Assembly (NCBI GenBank): GCA_965202985.1
Contig: CBDBCF010000001.1
Location: 2,272,001 to 2,336,000 of the forward strand
Origin: Longimicrobiales bacterium
GTDB lineage: Bacteria > Gemmatimonadota > Gemmatimonadetes > Longimicrobiales > Gaopeijiaceae
Length of the DNA: 64,000 bases
Reading direction: 5' to 3'
The position numbers were made by a program, and so were the translations under genes. Positions 31,501 to 40,256 of this stretch are shown piece after piece. Under the pieces are notes generated by a model. That model was not told the origin of the DNA and did not search any database. It was given only the letters and a program-made list of their open reading frames with translations. The first letter of the stretch is position 1, and every line of letters begins with the position of its first letter.

Positions 31501-31896
31501 ATCGAAGCGGTGACGGACGAGCTGGAAGGAATCGAGCAGGCCTTGAAGCGCGCGGCGACAGCGAACGGACACGATGCCGTCGCCGGATTGCGCGCTCGCG
31601 CGGATTCGCTGTCCGAAGCGGCGACCGCCGTCGTGGAGGCCCTGCGCGGAAGCGACGACGATGACGAAGACGAAGACGCTTCCGTGCCCATCGTCCGCCA
31701 GCTTGCCGACGCCAACGGCCTTCACCAAGCCTTCGCCCCGGCCACGGAACAGGAGCGCGCGGCGCTTCGGCGCGTGGCCCCGGCGCTGGACGAACAGGCG
31801 ACGGCGGCGAATGCGCTGCTGGAGCGTATGGCCGACTTCCGCGACGCCCTGGACCAAGCCGACGTGCCCTGGACCCCGGGAAGGCCGCTCGGGTAG
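28561..31896 (+). CDS. Exported BNR/Asp-box (VPS10/sortilin-like) beta-propeller protein, glycosyl-hydrolase-like
   Basis: Signal peptide, RSIGPAVMSGRV, and repeated S/TxDGGxTW Asp-boxes. Confidence 0.9.
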   Translation: MTRTRFLACSVLLSAAAATASAPALAQDAQEAQQDEGPDLSNRALLEGIEARSIGPAVMSGRVVDIAVVPTGGSSASGARPAANGGLSATAAHTGGPRLGTVIYIAAATGGIWKSTSGGVVWEPVLDDAGVGSMGDVTVAPSNPDIVWAGSGEPNNMRSSSYGDGVYKSVDGGKTFSHMGLRSSQHVGRIVIRPDDPDVVYVAAVGPLWAAGGERGVYRTTDGGETWEAVLAIDAHTGATDLVMDPSNPDVLYASALQRERRAYSYVGGGPGSGIYKTTDGGDSWTKLEAGLPKSDMGRIGLDISLSRPGTLYAVVEGSEQGVYRTDNHGATWRKTSDIASIPWYFGQIRVDPVDPEVVYHLGVRLQRSEDGGETWERIAQSVHVDHHAMWINPENPSHILLGNDGGFYASHDRGETWDFSPNLPISQFYAVGVDMQEPFFGIYGGLQDNSTWGGPSQTRNALGIGNADWYRMAGGDGFFAAIDPRDHNVAYVESQNGNLVRFNGRTGERKSIRPRPTPGDEDYRFNWSAPIQISPHDPSTVYFAGNHVFKSTDQGDSWEVLGEDLTRQIDRDSLPMMGGVPDEDAVSRHQGTAVFSNISTMHVSALRPGVVATGSDDGTVAVTTDDGRTWRKSTRFPGVPDTTYVSKVRWSAHDPATLYATFDGHRSNDFLPYVLKSADEGQSWQSIAGDLPEFGNVRAFAEHPDDPNVLFVGTEVRPFVSVDGGASWLPLENGILPSPVHDLKVHPRDNALVVATHGRGFFVVDDLTPIVKLAEAKAAGGPYIFPVRDALAYVVNSAPTTGTHADRNYAAENPRYGAAVSYLLPERAGDETTLEIVDARGTVVRALEAATGAGLQQVQWDLRLDPPWSGPTADSGGQGGGQGFGGFGGGGQGGPAALPGEYVARLTVRPADAATDQGADSGAPAEDASADAAPVVVERSFAVVLDDLIGMSAAALAELQELRTRHRELSARARMAIRQIEAVTDELEGIEQALKRAATANGHDAVAGLRARADSLSEAATAVVEALRGSDDDDEDEDASVPIVRQLADANGLHQAFAPATEQERAALRRVAPALDEQATAANALLERMADFRDALDQADVPWTPGRPLG

Positions 31897-31923
31897 AGCA
31901 AGCGACGGGGCGGGGCAAGGCCC

Positions 31924-33879
31924 ATGTGCGGCATCTCGGGGATCGTCGATCACGACCGACCGGACGTGGATCGCGAACTCCTGGGCGGCATCTGCAACGC
32001 GCTGGCCCACCGCGGTCCCGACGATCACGGCGAGCACTACGCGAGACACGTCGGCTTGGCGCACCGGCGGCTGAGCATCATCGACCTGAGCGAGTCCGGC
32101 CGGCAGCCTCTTTCCAACGAGGACGACACGATCTGGGTCGTGTGCAACGGAGAGATCTACAACTTCCGCGATCTGCGCCGGCAGCTGCGCGACCTGGGAC
32201 ACGAGTTCCGGTCCGGCACCGACGTGGAGACGCTTGTGCACGGCTACGAGCAGTGGGGCATGGAGCGGCTTCTGGACCGGGTTGCCGGCATGTTCGCCTT
32301 TGCGCTTTGGGACGCCTCTCGCGAAGTGCTGTGGCTGGTCCGGGACCGGCTGGGTGTGAAGCCGCTCTACTACGTGCGCAACTCCGCGCAAGTCGTGTTC
32401 TCGTCGGAGATCCAGCCCTTGTATCGCCTAGTGGAGATGAACTTGGGCGCGCTGGACAAGCTGTCGCTGGACTACTACCTGTCGCAGTCCTACGTCCCGC
32501 CGGACCGGACGATCGTCAAGGGCATCGACAAAATCCCGCCGGCGCACTGGCTTCGCTTCGACCGCTCGGGCGTGGAGGCGTGTCGCTACTGGAACGTGCG
32601 CTACGGGGCCGACGCCGCACAAGCCAACGGCTCCGCGCACGCCGAAGATCTTGTGCATCCCGCCGCCCCCGGCGGCCCTTGGAACGGCGAGTTGGAGCGC
32701 CTGGATTCGCTGTTGCAGGCCGCAGTCCATCGACGACTTGAAAGCGACGTTCCGCTGGGCGTGTTCCTGAGCGCAGGGATCGATTCGTGCTTGGTGACGG
32801 CGATGGCGGCCAAGCAAACGAGCGACCCGTTGCGCACCTACACCGTCGGCTTCGAGGGCGTCTCGGGCAAAGACGACGAATGCGCCGGCGCGCGGCTTGT
32901 CGCCGACATGTACGGGACCCGCCACGAAGAGATCGTCGTGCCGGGGGCGGACCGGGACACGATCGACCAAGTGTTGACGGCCGCGGGCGAGCCGTTCGGC
33001 GACAGTTCCGTGCTGCCGTCGCACCTGGTTTGCCGCCACGCCAGGCCGTCGGTCACGGTGGCGCTCACCGGCGACGGCGGCGACGAATCTTTTTGCGGGT
33101 ACAGGCATGTCCACGTGGCCTACCTGGGCTTTCGAGTCCGGTCGGTGGCACCTGCAAAGGTCCTGTCCGGCTTGGAGCGCGCAGGACGCAAGCTGGGCCC
33201 TGCCGCGGCCGGCGTGCCCGGCGTTCGGGAGCTGCTGAAAGCGATCAAGTACGCGCGCATCTCGGAGTTGGCGCTGTTCGACAAGACCATGTGGTGGAAC
33301 GACGGCGCCCGCCGTCCGATCTACGCGCCCGGCTGGGCCGATGCGCTGGCGCCGAGCCAAGCCTTGGACGTATTGGATGCGGCGTTGCAGGAGTCGGACA
33401 CGGGGGACTTCATGTCGCGCATACTGTCCACCGACCTTCGGACGCTGCTCCCGGGCCAGTTCCTGACCAAGATGGACATCGCTAGCAACATGGTGGCGCT
33501 GGAGACCCGGTCGCCCTTCGTGGACCATCGGCTGGTGGAGTACGCGGCCGGCCTGCCCGTGTCGCTGAAGATGCGCGGGTTCCGCCAGAAGGCGATGCTG
33601 CGCAAGTTGGCGTCCCGTTACCTGCCTGCGCGGATCGTCCGCCGTCGCAAGACCGGATTCAGCGCCCCCCAGGGTCCGTGGCGCAAAGCCGACTGGAACG
33701 ACTTGTTGCGCGACTACGTCACGGGCGGGATCGCCCAGCGCCGTGAAGTCTTCCAAGAGGCGCCGATACTGCAAGTCGCGCAGGAACACGCCTCGGGGAA
33801 GGCCAACCACATGTACAAGCTGTGGACGCTGATCTGCTTGGAGCACTGGCTGCGCACGCACATCGACGGAAGTGCGTAG
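31924..33879 (+). CDS. asnB: Asparagine synthase (glutamine-hydrolysing) family amidotransferase
   Basis: MCGI, HRGPD, HRRLSIIDL, NGEIYNF, RDRLGVKPLY, LSAGIDS, LTGDGGDE, ETRSPFVD. Confidence 0.92.
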   Translation: MCGISGIVDHDRPDVDRELLGGICNALAHRGPDDHGEHYARHVGLAHRRLSIIDLSESGRQPLSNEDDTIWVVCNGEIYNFRDLRRQLRDLGHEFRSGTDVETLVHGYEQWGMERLLDRVAGMFAFALWDASREVLWLVRDRLGVKPLYYVRNSAQVVFSSEIQPLYRLVEMNLGALDKLSLDYYLSQSYVPPDRTIVKGIDKIPPAHWLRFDRSGVEACRYWNVRYGADAAQANGSAHAEDLVHPAAPGGPWNGELERLDSLLQAAVHRRLESDVPLGVFLSAGIDSCLVTAMAAKQTSDPLRTYTVGFEGVSGKDDECAGARLVADMYGTRHEEIVVPGADRDTIDQVLTAAGEPFGDSSVLPSHLVCRHARPSVTVALTGDGGDESFCGYRHVHVAYLGFRVRSVAPAKVLSGLERAGRKLGPAAAGVPGVRELLKAIKYARISELALFDKTMWWNDGARRPIYAPGWADALAPSQALDVLDAALQESDTGDFMSRILSTDLRTLLPGQFLTKMDIASNMVALETRSPFVDHRLVEYAAGLPVSLKMRGFRQKAMLRKLASRYLPARIVRRRKTGFSAPQGPWRKADWNDLLRDYVTGGIAQRREVFQEAPILQVAQEHASGKANHMYKLWTLICLEHWLRTHIDGSA

Positions 33880-33899
33880 CCGAGCAGCCGTCCCCCAAG

Positions 33900-34628
33900 C
33901 TAGCGCCGCTCGGCGTCCTCCGTATCCGCGCCTCCCCACGTCCGGGCAAAGCGACGCGCCATCGCCGGCCCCGCGCCTGCGTCCTCGTGCTTGAAGAACA
34001 CGAAGAGCTCGTCCCAGCCCTGCTCCCGGAACGCCTGCGCCCACTCCGCCAGCGCTTCGTCGCCGTAGCCGGGCCTTCGCAGCCGCGCATAGCCGAAAGA
34101 CGCCGTCCGCACCACCGGCGCTTTGCCTTCGCCCGTGTCGGAGACGACCAGCGCCGCGCCGGCGTCCGCCAGAGCCTGGTAGGTGTCGTCGGCGAACCAG
34201 CTGTCGTGACGAAACTCGAAGGCGCCGCGCACTTCTCCCGGCATCGCCGCCAAAAAGTCCGCCAAGCGCCCCACGTCCTGCTTCAGGTACGGCGGCAGCT
34301 GGAAAAGGATCGGCCCCAGGTTGTCGCCCAGCGCTTCCGTGGCCGTCCGCGCCAAGTACTCCATGGGCTCGTCGGCGTCCTTAAGGCGCTTCATGTGCGT
34401 GATCCGCTGGTTCGCCTTGAGCACGAATGCAAACCCCTCGGGCACTTGCGCCTTCCACTTCTCCAGCATCTCGGGCCGGGGCAGGCGTCGGAACGTGTAG
34501 TTGATCTCCACGCTGTCCAGCTGCCGGGAGTAGTACTCCAGCATCCGCGTGTTGGGCAGCTTCTCGGGGTAGAAGTGCCCCTTCCACTCCTTGTACGAAA
34601 AGCCGCTGGTGCCGGTGCGAAGCTTCAT
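33900..34628 (-). CDS. DUF72 domain protein
   Basis: GTSGFSYKEWKGHFYP, VEINYTF, LFQLPP, AFEFRHDSW, FVFFKH. Confidence 0.93.
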   Translation of the reverse strand: MKLRTGTSGFSYKEWKGHFYPEKLPNTRMLEYYSRQLDSVEINYTFRRLPRPEMLEKWKAQVPEGFAFVLKANQRITHMKRLKDADEPMEYLARTATEALGDNLGPILFQLPPYLKQDVGRLADFLAAMPGEVRGAFEFRHDSWFADDTYQALADAGAALVVSDTGEGKAPVVRTASFGYARLRRPGYGDEALAEWAQAFREQGWDELFVFFKHEDAGAGPAMARRFARTWGGADTEDAERR

Positions 34629-34643
34629 CGGATGTGCATGTCC

Positions 34644-36719
34644 TTATGCGTCGTAGCGTCGTCGAAGTGAAATGACGGCCCGGGGGTCGCCCAGGATCGT
34701 CAACTGGTCGCCGGCCGCGAGCACCGTGTCTCCCTTGGGTACCACGAGCCCGCCCCGCCGACGAATCATGGCCACCAAGGCGTCCCCGGGCAACGACAGG
34801 TCCAGGATGCGCTTGCCCGCCAATCCGGCTGCGGGGCCTCCGGCGGCCAAGTCCAGCACCATCATGTGCTCGTCGCGCAACATCACTTCGCGCAAGGCGT
34901 GGTCGTCGTCGGCCGCGAACCACTCGGCCAAGAAGCCGTCGTCGTCCACGCGCCCCGCGATCTGGGCCAGGATGCGCAAGTGCTGGCCGGGCCGCCCCTG
35001 GGGGCTGGCCAAGAAGAACGCGGCTTGCACGGGACGAGCGGGCGGGGGCGGCGCGTCTTCGGACTCCACGTCGATCCGAATGCCGTCCTGCGCGCGGACC
35101 AGGACCATGCAGGGCTCGGAGATCGAATCCAGCCGCAGGTGCGGCAGGGCCACGCCGTGGGAGACGGGGGTCAGACCCGTGGCCGTTCCGTGCATGAACC
35201 CTTCGACCAGAACTTCCGTCGGCGTGCCGAGCTGCTTCGACAAGACGGCGGACGCTTGCGCCACCAACTCCGAGAACGCCACCGCGCCCTTCGGGTCCAA
35301 CACCGCGGCCGACGCGATCAGCCTTTCGAAGGGGTCCTTGGAGCGCAGTCCCTTCTCCTTCAGGATTTCGCGGAGCTCCTGCTCCAGTCCGGCGTCCCGC
35401 TGCTCGCCCAGGCGGGCGAAGACATGGTAGAGTGCGCCTTCGCGCGAAACGCGGGGCCGCGCGAACCAGCGGAACCAGACCACGCCGAACAGGACGAAGC
35501 CGGCGCTGACCAGCGTCGCCAGCCAGCCCATCTCGATGATCAGCGGGAACGGCATGATCAAGCCGACGACCTGCACCCACGGGTAGAAGGGCGACTTGAA
35601 GCCCGGATCGTAGGATTCGAGGCCGCTTTGGCGCATGACGATCACCGCCAGCGAACTCAACGCGAACATGATCAGCAGGAACGAGCCGGCCAGCTTGGCG
35701 ATCTCCGCCGTGCCGAAGAGCAGCAGCCACGCCACTACGAGCGCCGCCGTGGCCAGCACCGCCGCGTAGGGCGTGCCCCGCTTGTTGATCCGCCCCAAGC
35801 CGCCGGGCAGGATGTGGTCGCGGCTCATGGCCAGCGGGTAGCGGCTGGCCGACAGGACGCCCGAGTTGCCCACCGACAGGAACGCCAGGATCGCCGCGCC
35901 CCCCATGACCATGCCGCCGACGGGTCCGTCCAGCGCGTGCGCCAACGTGGCCGCGGGCGTCAGCAGGCCACCGCCGCTTGCCAGCTCCGGCAGGCCGATC
36001 ACGCCCACCATGACCCACGTGCCCGCGACGTAGAGCACCAGCACGGTCACGAACGCCAGCAGCATCCCGCCCGGAAGGTTGCGCTCGGGGTCCTTCACCT
36101 CTTCCGAGATCGACGCCACCTGCGTGAGGCCCATGTACGACACGATCACCAGCCCCACCGACGACAGGAACGAATCGGGGGCGATCCCGAGCGCGCCTTC
36201 GAACGCCGCCGGGCTTGCCGTGGTCGCCCCCCGGACCACGAACCAGCCCAGGACAGCGACCGTTGCCGCCGTCATGAAGCGCTGGAGCGATCCGACCTTC
36301 TTGGCGCCCAGCAGGTTGAAGACGGCGAACGCCGCCGCGAACGCCAGGGCCGCCGGCTTCGCGGGCGTGTCGGGCCAGTAGATCTGCAGGTAGGCGCCCA
36401 GCCCGACCAGCGCGAACGCCACCTTGAGCGTCAAGGTGCTCCACGTGCCGAAGCCGCCCACGGTGCCGACCATCGGTCCCATGCTCCGGTCCAGGAAGTA
36501 GTAGATGCCGCCGGCGCGGGGCATCGCGGTGGAGAGCTCGGCCATGCTCAACAGGCCGGGGATCAGGCAGATGCCGGCCGCCAAGTACGACGCGGGCAGC
36601 ATCCCGCCGGCCTCGGCGGCGGCGATCCCGGGCAGGAGGAAGAACCCCGAGCTGAGCGTGGCGCCGGTGGCGATGGCGTAGACGTCGAAGAGTCCCAGTT
36701 CCTTCTTGAGCTTGGCCAT
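34644..36719 (-). CDS. APC-family amino acid permease fused to PTS EIIA(Ntr/Fru-type) and RCK_C/TrkA-C domains
   Basis: LKKELGL..SSGFFLLPG, ELSTAMPRAGG, EEVKDPERNLP and multiple TM helices; GVALPH (PTS IIA phospho-His); VAMIRR..VVPKGDTVLAAGD. Confidence 0.88.
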   Translation of the reverse strand: MAKLKKELGLFDVYAIATGATLSSGFFLLPGIAAAEAGGMLPASYLAAGICLIPGLLSMAELSTAMPRAGGIYYFLDRSMGPMVGTVGGFGTWSTLTLKVAFALVGLGAYLQIYWPDTPAKPAALAFAAAFAVFNLLGAKKVGSLQRFMTAATVAVLGWFVVRGATTASPAAFEGALGIAPDSFLSSVGLVIVSYMGLTQVASISEEVKDPERNLPGGMLLAFVTVLVLYVAGTWVMVGVIGLPELASGGGLLTPAATLAHALDGPVGGMVMGGAAILAFLSVGNSGVLSASRYPLAMSRDHILPGGLGRINKRGTPYAAVLATAALVVAWLLLFGTAEIAKLAGSFLLIMFALSSLAVIVMRQSGLESYDPGFKSPFYPWVQVVGLIMPFPLIIEMGWLATLVSAGFVLFGVVWFRWFARPRVSREGALYHVFARLGEQRDAGLEQELREILKEKGLRSKDPFERLIASAAVLDPKGAVAFSELVAQASAVLSKQLGTPTEVLVEGFMHGTATGLTPVSHGVALPHLRLDSISEPCMVLVRAQDGIRIDVESEDAPPPPARPVQAAFFLASPQGRPGQHLRILAQIAGRVDDDGFLAEWFAADDDHALREVMLRDEHMMVLDLAAGGPAAGLAGKRILDLSLPGDALVAMIRRRGGLVVPKGDTVLAAGDQLTILGDPRAVISLRRRYDA

Positions 36720-36736
36720 TGGGCTATGATGTCCGC
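36720..36736. promoter_or_regulatory. Candidate bidirectional -10 element driving two divergent leaderless genes
   Basis: Plus strand TATGAT (36725-36730), 6 nt, ATG 36737. Minus strand CATCAT, 6 nt, ATG 36719. Confidence 0.55.
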
Positions 36737-38920
36737 ATGAGAACGTCTGCGACAGTGGGGCCGGCGCCGGGAGCGGCGGGGCGAGGGGCTTCGGCGGTTG
36801 CGATGCGAGCGGCGCTGGGGGAGGCTTCGGCGGTGGCCGGGCGAGCGACGCCGGCGACGATGCGAGCGGCGCTGTCGGCGGCTTTGGCCGCGGCGTGCGC
36901 GATGTCGGCGGGTTGCGTTCGGTCTCTCGAACTGGTGCCCTCGGATGCGCCGACGGTGCTGGCCCGACACGCGCTGGACGAAGAGAACCCGGCTCGACCC
37001 GGACCCCACGAAGTCCTGACGTTGTACTACGGAAGCGGAACCGACAAGAACCGTCCCGAGTACCGCGACTCCGTGGCGATCGCAACGGCGCCGGTGGACG
37101 CCTCCAAGCTCGTCGACCTGGGCGAATCGGCCAAGTCACGGAACGACTACTGGGGCTTCTCGCCCGACAGCTTCCCGATCAACGGCCGCGTGTGGTACCC
37201 CGCCGGGCGCGGCAATGTCGGGTCGGGACCCCATCCGCTGGTCCTGGTCGTCCACGGCAACCACAACATGCGCGAGTTCTCGGACCCCGGCTACGACTGG
37301 CTGGGCGAACTGCTGGCCAGCCGGGGCTACGTCCTGGCGTCGGTGGACATGAACTTCGTCAACGGCGGCATACGAGGCGAGAACGACGCGCGGGGGTGGC
37401 TGCTTCTCAAGCACCTGCAGGCCTGGAAGCGGTTCAACGAGGACCCGGAGAGCCCCTTCCACCGGCGCGTGGACCTGGACGCCGTTGGCCTGATCGGTCA
37501 CTCGAGGGGCGGCGAAGCGGTGGCGCTGTCGGCTGCGTTCAATCGCCTGACGCGCTACCCCGACGACGCCTCTCTGGAGTTCGACTTCGGCTTCGGCATC
37601 AAGGCGGTCGTGGCGATTGCGCCTGTGGACGGCCAGTACCTGCCGGCGGACCAGCGCGCGTCCGTGGAGGACGTGAACTACCTGGTCTTTCACGGCTCTC
37701 ACGACGGCGACGTGACCAGCTTCCACGGCCTGCGCCAGTTCAACCGCGTGCGTTTCGGCGCCCCCGGCGCGTCGGCGACGGGCCGCTTCAAGTCGGCGAT
37801 CTATGTCTACCGCGCCAACCACGGCCAGTGGAACACGGTGTGGGGCGCCCACGACAACGGCCCGCGCAGCCCCCGCATCCTGGACCTCCGCGGGTTGCTG
37901 TCCCCCGAGGACCAGCGCGAGTTCGGGCGCGTCTTCGTGTCCGCGTTCCTGGACGTGTCGCTCATGGGCGACGACCGCTACCGCCCCCTCTTCCGCGACC
38001 ACCGCGTGGCGGGCGGCTGGCTCCCCAAGACGATGTACGTGACCCGGTTCATGGACGACTCGTTCCGCCCCCTCGCCGACTTCGAGGAGGACATCGACGT
38101 GACCACCGGCTCCGCCCCCGGCGTGCGACTGGACGGACGCGATCTGGGCACCTGGCGCGAAGGCCGGCTGCAGCTGCGGTCGAGCAACCGGACCAACACC
38201 TCGTCGTCCCAGCTCAACCAAGCGCTGTGGCTGGGCTGGAACAACGAGTGGGAGGAGGGCGGCGGCGAGGGTGTCGGGTCGGGCGACGCCCGGCCGGTCG
38301 TCGAGCCAGGCAGTCCCGCGCCGGAGGGTCCTCGCTCCAGCAAGGCTGCGCCCCCGGCCGTGTTCACGGTGTCGTTGCCCGCCGGGCTCGCGGAGGCATG
38401 GGAGACGGGGCCGAAGAGCACGCTGGAGATGCATGTGGGTGGCCTGGACGAGGAGCCGGCGCCCCGAGAGCGCCCGAAAGCGGACGACGGCGACGCAGCC
38501 GAACCTTCGGAGTTCGACCGGCCAGACGCTGATCGCACCGGCGACGATGCGAGCGACGACGACGCAAGCGAGAAGCCGCCCTTGGACCTGACCGTGGAGG
38601 CGGAGGACGCCGACGGCGATGCCGCTAGCGTGCGATTGGGCGACTACGGACCGCTGCGACGTCCGCTCAAGATGCGCGTCTACCGCCGCCGAGACGTGGA
38701 GGAGGCGCGCTTCGCCAATCGATGGGAGCTGATCCTGCAGCACTTCTCGATCCCGCTGTCGGACTTCGCCGGTCGAAACCCGGCGTTCGACCCCCGGACT
38801 CTGCGTGTCGTGCGACTGGTGTTCGACCAAGCGCAAGCTGGCACAGTGGTCGTGGACGATGTCGGCCTCTCGCGGCTGCACCCGACGTTCCTGGAAGCGC
38901 GGGTCATTCCGGCAAGGTAG
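36737..38920 (+). CDS. Alpha/beta-hydrolase fold protein, probable lipoprotein
   Basis: Lipobox-like MSAG-C, VHGNH, GHSRGG nucleophile elbow, HDGDV, ANHGQWN. Start uncertain. Confidence 0.8.
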   Translation: MRTSATVGPAPGAAGRGASAVAMRAALGEASAVAGRATPATMRAALSAALAAACAMSAGCVRSLELVPSDAPTVLARHALDEENPARPGPHEVLTLYYGSGTDKNRPEYRDSVAIATAPVDASKLVDLGESAKSRNDYWGFSPDSFPINGRVWYPAGRGNVGSGPHPLVLVVHGNHNMREFSDPGYDWLGELLASRGYVLASVDMNFVNGGIRGENDARGWLLLKHLQAWKRFNEDPESPFHRRVDLDAVGLIGHSRGGEAVALSAAFNRLTRYPDDASLEFDFGFGIKAVVAIAPVDGQYLPADQRASVEDVNYLVFHGSHDGDVTSFHGLRQFNRVRFGAPGASATGRFKSAIYVYRANHGQWNTVWGAHDNGPRSPRILDLRGLLSPEDQREFGRVFVSAFLDVSLMGDDRYRPLFRDHRVAGGWLPKTMYVTRFMDDSFRPLADFEEDIDVTTGSAPGVRLDGRDLGTWREGRLQLRSSNRTNTSSSQLNQALWLGWNNEWEEGGGEGVGSGDARPVVEPGSPAPEGPRSSKAAPPAVFTVSLPAGLAEAWETGPKSTLEMHVGGLDEEPAPRERPKADDGDAAEPSEFDRPDADRTGDDASDDDASEKPPLDLTVEAEDADGDAASVRLGDYGPLRRPLKMRVYRRRDVEEARFANRWELILQHFSIPLSDFAGRNPAFDPRTLRVVRLVFDQAQAGTVVVDDVGLSRLHPTFLEARVIPAR

Positions 38921-39020
38921 ATTGATTCCCCAGACGACTCGGGGCGCATCCCAAGTCCGCTACGTTCAGGTCATGCCACCTGGGGTCGTCACGGAATCCC
39001 TCAACCATAGGCGAAGCTCA

Positions 39021-39650
39021 ATGAGCAGAGAGGCCGAGGTACTCGTAGGTGCCGCATGGAGATTTCTCTTGGCGACGCTCTCCGCTCTGTGCTTGTTCGA
39101 AAAGGCTCCGCTGTCCGCCCAGGCGTCTGGGAGTGACTGGGACGACTTGCCCCTCTTGATTCGGAAAGCCGAAACCGAAATGGACTACTGCGCGGAAGCC
39201 GGCAGGCTGACGCACTTCGGCCCCGAGTGGACCCTGGCTTCCAACTACTGGGACCGAGGGTACCAAGCCTATCAGGATGGGCGCAGCTACGAGCCTCAGG
39301 TCGACTCGATGCTGGCAGTCCTTCGTGGCGTTGGTTGCGGCGATGACTTCGGGGACGACCGGATCAATCTGCTCCGGGCGACGGAGTTCAGCCCCTGCCG
39401 CTTGTCCAACGTGTTGGGATTGGTCGAACCAGGGCGCGTGTCTCCGCCCACTCCTCTGGGGCAGAGGCGCGTAGTCGGGCGTGTGTCCGGCGTTCCCGAC
39501 GGAACCCAGGTCTGGTTGTGGGCTTTTTCGGCGTTCCACGACGATGTGCTCGACGGCCAGCTGACGTATGTCCAAGCGGGTGGCTTCGAAGTCTATTTCG
39601 ACACGTCGGAACGGATTTGGTATGTGAGGTGTCTTCCCGAGGCGCCCTGA
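39021..39650 (+). CDS. Hypothetical exported protein
   Basis: 209-aa ORF with signal-like N-terminus (..PLSAQ). No family recognised. Confidence 0.5.
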   Translation: MSREAEVLVGAAWRFLLATLSALCLFEKAPLSAQASGSDWDDLPLLIRKAETEMDYCAEAGRLTHFGPEWTLASNYWDRGYQAYQDGRSYEPQVDSMLAVLRGVGCGDDFGDDRINLLRATEFSPCRLSNVLGLVEPGRVSPPTPLGQRRVVGRVSGVPDGTQVWLWAFSAFHDDVLDGQLTYVQAGGFEVYFDTSERIWYVRCLPEAP

Positions 39651-39957
39651 CAAGCTACCCCATAACAGGAAGGTCAATGAGCAAAGATGTCGAGGGTTCT
39701 CGCAGGCGCTTCCTGAAGCGTTTCCGCGCGCGCCGGCGCGATCCGGGGCGTTTTCGTGGAGCAAGGCACCGAGGCGGGTTCGAGGGACCCGAGAACGTTC
39801 CGCCCCTGCAACCGCACCAAGTTCCCCTGATCGTGGTGGACGGCATCGCAGTGAGACCGAAGATCGCCCCCGCGGACAGCACGCCGACACCCCCCGGCCG
39901 GCCGGTCGGTGCAGGAGCCGCCCAGTCGGTGTCGGAGCCGCCCAAGGCAGAGGAGGA

Positions 39958-40194
39958 CTAGGCCCGTCCGTCCGGGGTGCCCGAGCCGTCCCCTGCCGCC
40001 ACCTCGCCCCCGGCGCTCGCGCGGCATGCAGGGCACCGTACCAGCAGCCGGTTCCGCACGTACGACACGTCGCGTCTGGGGCCGGACCGCACGACCGCGC
40101 AGGCGGCGCCGCATCGGGGACACGGGGGAGCGACCGCGCCGGATGCCGCGCTGGCCAGCAGGGCTTCTTTCTCTTTCGCGGTGAAATGGACCAT
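39958..40194 (-). CDS. Small zinc-ribbon protein
   Basis: CPRC...RRDVSYVRNR..CPAC in a 78-aa ORF. Confidence 0.6.
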   Translation of the reverse strand: MVHFTAKEKEALLASAASGAVAPPCPRCGAACAVVRSGPRRDVSYVRNRLLVRCPACRASAGGEVAAGDGSGTPDGRA

Positions 40195-40256
40195 CTTGGT
40201 GGGCTGATCCTTGGCCGACGCCAGCAAATCCGGGGTTCCGAGTGTCCTTGAAGGTT

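Noticed and set aside
31924..33879. asnB as a lasso-peptide cyclase
   Set aside because: Intact N-terminal Cys2 glutaminase domain, and no adjacent peptidase, RRE or precursor gene.
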